Below are positions 57,117 through 64,000 of a stretch of 64,000 nt of DNA, piece after piece. The first letter of the stretch is position 1, and each line of letters begins with the position of its first letter. The stretch is taken from contig JBBPEB010000023.1 of NCBI GenBank assembly GCA_039096225.1, forward strand, positions 686,326 through 750,325, written 5' to 3'. The notes under the pieces are model-generated. The model ran no database searches. It saw only the letters and a list, made by a program, of their open reading frames with translations, and had not been told where the DNA came from. Origin of the DNA: Blastocystis sp. Blastoise. Its lineage: Eukaryota; Protista; Bigyra: Opalinata. The position numbers and the translations under genes are program-made.

Positions 57117-58822
57117 TTAAAAACTATATTTACCATCATATATATTTTTTACAGTAATATTACGAACTTTATAATTATATGGAACAAATCCAATTGATAC
57201 ATAATAATGATAGAGTTTATGATAATCTAAGAATTGAATTTTTTGAAGAGTGGATTCACTAGTTAGACGAATATCTTTATATGTTTTTAACTCTGATTTT
57301 TTCTGATTAATCCAGTATTTTGATTTGAATTGATCCTTGTTAGTATCTTTTGTAGGAATATCAATGACATAACTTTTTGTTCCACATTCTATATTATTTG
57401 TTACACTAAAACCAACATCTTCTCCACTAGAATATGTAACTACTTTATATCTAAGAAATATTTTTGCTTTTTCGGGAGTAAAAAAGTATATACATCCACC
57501 ATGATCAAATGATCCATCTTCATTTTTCATTTCTTTTAATGGCTTATAATTAAAATCTTTTAAATAATTAGCTCCATATTTGGCATATATAGCATTATTA
57601 TTGATATTTAACAATGATACTATATTTTGAAAAATGTCTTTTGATTGAATAAAATGATCATCATCATTACTAACAACATATTTTGTATCAAAAATAGAAG
57701 AAGTAAACAATCTAGCATGATATTTCATATTCCAATTTGGAGACCATATATAATATACAGGAAATAAGGAATTAGAAAAAACAAAATCAGGTATTTCCAT
57801 ATAATGAAGACTTTGCTGAAATATTACATAACTTGGAAGAAATGTTTGAATTGAAAAACAATCAATCATTCTTTCAGCTGTATTTCTTTTAAACATAGGA
57901 ATTATTACAGAAATTGTATCTGGTATTGATATATCTGTATAATTACAAGTAAATGATTGTATATCAGATTTAGGTAATTTCCTGTTATAATAAGATTTTC
58001 TTAAGAAATTATTTATTTTAATATTTTGTTTCTGATCTTTTAAATAAGAATAAATAGTATTCATTATTGAAGAAGATTTAATATTTATTGTTGTATATGT
58101 TAATAATTTACGAATCCATTTTTGTTTTATTATTAAACATCCTGATAATGATTTATTATCATTATTTTCTGATATTATACAAGAAAATAAATCGATTTGA
58201 TTGTTTTCTAATGAATATATTGTTTCATCTAACCAATTTGATGTCATTTGATTCTGGATTTGAGTATTAATTTCATTTTCATTAATATAAAATACATAAT
58301 CTTCTTCATAATAAATAGATAACATGAAAGCATAATGATCTAAATCATCATAATTTTGAAAAATACAATAAGGAAATGAAAAATCATTACAAATTGTATT
58401 TTTATAATTAATAGATGTAAAATTATTGTTTTTATCTGTTCGAATGATAAATATTTGATCAAATAATGATGTTCCATTATAAAATGTAGTAATATCTAAA
58501 GTATTTGTAGTAATATTGTTAGTTTGAATGACTAATGCTATTTTCTTTTCAAGCTTCACTGATTGAAAACTATACAGTTATTATAGATAAAATAATGATA
58601 CTTTTCTTTGGAATTCTGACTATGTAAATTATTTAGTATTATTTTATTTGCATTGTGTACTATATATAATAATTACTTATGACGCAGAATCTTTACACTT
58701 AACATTTGATGAAAAAGGTTTAAATATAACACTGCTGATGATTATATTTATTATTTCACATAGTAATAATAGCCTATACATTCTAATTGTGTTATATAGA
58801 TTAAATACCATAAGATGTACAT
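57117..58822 (-). CDS. GT-A fold (GT2-like) glycosyltransferase; paralog B
   Basis: Long exon 57117-58567 with 'ISVIIPMFKR', 'VVSNDDDHFI' and 'SGEDVGF'. Small 5' exons, including an 18-nt micro-exon at 58602-58619, can be spliced in frame from ATG 58822 to give a hydrophobic N-terminus. Confidence 0.7.
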
Positions 58823-59252
58823 ATTATTTTGTTTAATTTTAAAAACAATAATTTTTATTCCTTTACCAGATAATATAAAGAATCATCGAAAAGGACACTC
58901 AAAAACATGACTATTTCTTACATATTTCTTACAAATATTTTAATATTTTCATCATTTTGTTATTATTTCTATTATTGTTTTATATATAATTTTTGTATGC
59001 TGATAATATAGTTCACTGTATGGTCAATTTTTAAATTTATAAAAAATAAATAAGCCAATAAATGCTAATAATCACTTATGTTTTAATTCCTTAGTTATTA
59101 ACATCTTGTTATAAAAAAGGAATAAACAATATTAGAGAAAATAAATTTAAAGTTAGTAGTATTAATAAAAAAAGATTAACTATATAGTAAGCAAACAAAA
59201 AGTAAAATGTTTATGAATGACACCGAATCTTGAAACTGTTTTTTTTTTCATA

Positions 59253-61239
<1,987 letters not shown>

Positions 61240-62074
61240 AGCTTATGTAGCATATAAACAAAATTATTTACAGCTATAAGAAAATATCAGAAAAAAAATA
61301 TATACTTGAAATTTTATCGCCATATTATTTTACACATTGATCGAAATAAAAAACCATAAGTATAAATTTCATGCAAATTTAATTAAAAATCGATGAGAAA
61401 GACAGCGGATACAATAAATAATATGTAATTTACAGTTATATACAAAACTTTATTACAATCTTATGTTTTTAATTTTTTTATGCATTCATTAGATATTCTT
61501 GAAAAATTCAAATAAAATAATCTTATAGATATATGGTGTATAAAACTTACTTTTGTTGTGAAATAACGAGTAAGATGGTTTGCTAATTTAGTATATTGAT
61601 TCTTTTGTTATAAGAAATTTATGTATATTTATTATCATTATTATAAAATGCTAATAAAATATCGATCAAGTAATCATATAATTTTACTACTAATAATAAT
61701 ATTATTATTATTTTAAAACTTTAAGATCTATTTAAGAAAGACAAATTTCACAAACACTAAAATATTTTACATATTTTTAAAGAATTCAATTCAAATATTA
61801 AAATATATACCAGCTATTATTTACATAATTTTTCATGAGTTTTTCTATAGTCAATAATGGTTATTCTGACAAAATGATAATATCATTAATGTGTAAAACA
61901 AATAGTAAATAGCATCAACAAAAATTTTTGCATGATGATTTATTATAACAAATAAACAATTATCAGTATTATTACATATTATTAACATTAGAATTGATAT
62001 ATGTTGAAGAGCAAAATGTAATATAATAATTAATAGAAAATGAGAAAAGATAAAAAGTAAAAAAAAAAATAAAT

Positions 62075-62951
62075 CTAAAATTTATATTTACCATCACCAA
62101 CTATTTTTTGGGTCAAGTTAAGAATCTTATAGTTTAATGGAATAAATCCAATTGACTTATAATAATGATAAACTTCCTCATATGATTTATATTTAATCAA
62201 ATCTAGAGTAGATATACTTGAAAGTCGAATATTTTTATATGTTTTGAAATCAGAGGGTTTTTGAGTAATCCAATAACGAGAACGATGTTCATCTTTATTT
62301 GTATCTTTTAAGGGGAATTCAATTGTACGACTCTTTGTTCCACATTCTATATTATTTGTTGTACAAAATCCTATATCTTCACCATATGAAAAAGTATATG
62401 GTTTATATCTTAGATAAATCTTTGTTTTTCTAGGAGAAAAGAAATATATACAACCAACATGATCATAACTATTCTCATTACTTTTATACTCTTTAAGTGG
62501 TTTATTCATAGGGTCTCTTGTATTAAAGGTTCCATATCTTCCGTATATAGCATTATCTTTATTTAAAACAGATGTCGCATTTTTAAATGTGTCACCAGAT
62601 TGAAAGAATTGATCATCATCAATGGTAACAACATATTTTGTATCAAAAATTGATGAGAAATAAAGTTTGGCATGATATTTCATATTCCAATTTGGAGACC
62701 ATATATAATATACAGGAAATAAGGAATTATTGAAAATAGAATCAGGTATTTCTATATAATGGAGACTTTGTTGAAATATAACATAACTTGGAAGAAATGT
62801 TTGAATGGAAATTGCTTTATATAATAAATAATAATTACTTCGTTTAAACATAGGAATTATTACAGAAATACTGTCATTTTGTTTTAGTGGATCATTGTCA
62901 CAAATGAAGGATTCAATTTGAATATTTTTCATTAAAAAATGATGATTTTTT
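62075..62951 (-). pseudogene. 5'-truncated GT-A glycosyltransferase (paralog C), cut by the terminal repeat
   Basis: Strongly similar to the C-terminal 60% of the 57117 gene. It lacks the anchor and N-terminal domain. The frame stays open (L-K-N-H-H-F-L-M...) right up to the repeat junction at about 62952. Confidence 0.75.
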
Positions 62952-64000
62952 AGGCCAGGGCCAGGGCCAGGGGGCCAGGGCCAGGGCCAGGCCAGGGCCA
63001 GGGCCAGGCCAGGCCAGGGCCAGGGCCAGGCCAGGCCAGGCCAGGGCCAGGGCCAGGGCCAGGGCCAGGCCAGGGCCAGGGCCAGGGCCAGGCCAGGCCA
63101 GGGCCAGGCCAGGCCAGGGCCAGGGCCAGGCCAGGCCAGGCCAGGGCCAGGGCCAGGGCCAGGGGCCAGGGCCAGGCCAGGGCCAGGCCAGGCCAGGCGG
63201 GCCAGGGCCAGGGCCAGGGCCAGGGCCAGGCCAGGCCAGGGCCAGGGCCAGGGCCAGGGCCAGGGCCAGGGCCAGGCCAGGCCAGGCCAGGGCCAGGCCA
63301 GGCCAGGCCAGGGCCAGGGCCAGGGCCAGGGCCAGGGCCAGGCCAGGGCCAGGCCAGGCCAGGGCCAGGGCCAGGGCCAGGGGCCAGGCCAGGGCCAGGC
63401 CAGGGCCAGGCCAGGCCAGGCCAGGCCAGGGCCAGGCCAGGCCAGGGCCAGGCCAGGGCCAGGGCCAGGGCCAGGGCCAGGGCCAGGCCAGGGCCAGGCC
63501 AGGCCAGGGCCAGGCCAGGGCCAGGCCAGGCCAGGCCAGGCCAGGGCCAGGGCCAGGCCAGGGCCAGGGCCAGGCCAGGCCAGGCCAGGCCAGGGCCAGG
63601 GCCAGGGCCAGGGCCAGGGCCAGGCCAGGGCCAGGCCAGGCCAGGGCCAGGGCCAGGGCCAGGGCCAGGGCCAGGGCCAGGGCCAGGGCCAGGCCAGGCC
63701 AGGCCAGGCCAGGGCCAGGCCAGGCCAGGCCAGGCCAGGCCAGGCCAGGCCAGGGCCAGGCCAGGGCCAGGCCAGGCCAGGCCAGGCCAGGCCAGGCCAG
63801 GCCAGGCCAGGCCAGGCCAGGCCAGGCCAGGGCCAGGCCAGGGCCAGGCCAGGCCAGGCCAGGGCCAGGCCAGGCCAGGCCAGGGCCAGGCCAGGCCAGG
63901 CCAGGCCAGGGCCAGGCCAGGCCAGGGCCAGGCCAGGGCCAGGCCAGGCCAGGGCCAGGCCAGGCCAGGCCAGGCCAGGCCAGGGCCAGGGCCAGGCCAG
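62952..64000 (+). repeat. Terminal G-rich repeat (CCAGGG/CCAGG)n, probably a telomere
   Basis: About 1.05 kb of mixed 6-mer and 5-mer units with the G-rich strand running 5'->3' to the window end, following a gene-sparse multigene-family region. Confidence 0.8.

Noticed and set aside
62952-64000. Stop-free Pro/Gly/Leu/Ala/Trp reading frame through the terminal repeat, fused to the GT ORF
   Set aside because: Absence of stops is a trivial property of a CCTGG/CCCTGG repeat. There is no start codon or promoter, and the repeat sequence itself may be miscalled.

Overview
Very AT-rich (roughly 80% AT by eye) eukaryotic nuclear DNA with GT-AG introns and the standard genetic code. It is most likely the last 64 kb of a chromosome arm of an anaerobic or gut protist. 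The 29-45 nt introns and the glycosyltransferase content are compatible with a low-GC Blastocystis-like stramenopile, but this is inference and was not tested. The window has two compartments. (1) 1-37.1 kb holds intron-dense housekeeping genes: GCIP-like, a very large Asn/Ser-rich protein, Elongin C, PTAR1-like, DUF4460/TCAIM-like, a UBL+ARM-repeat protein, RPB2, GRWD1/RRB1 and an SDR. Their longer introns are filled with microsatellite and usually start GT(AT)n and end (AT)nAG. (2) 37.5-63 kb is gene-sparse and subtelomeric, and every recognisable gene there is a Golgi-type glycosyltransferase: GT31, two fucosyltransferase-like genes, three paralogous GT-A genes and GT61. It also contains coding relics and two phased 31-32 bp tandem arrays built on AP-1/CRE-type TGACTCA/TGACGTCA cores. 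The window ends in about 1.05 kb of CCAGGG/CCAGG repeat. This is a telomere, possibly TTAGGG miscalled by nanopore basecalling, and it is joined directly into the reading frame of the last glycosyltransferase. The two best candidates for an undescribed system are (a) a subtelomeric glycan-variation locus punctuated by bZIP-site arrays and (b) self-complementary (AU)n intron ends that may fold long introns back to a short effective length.
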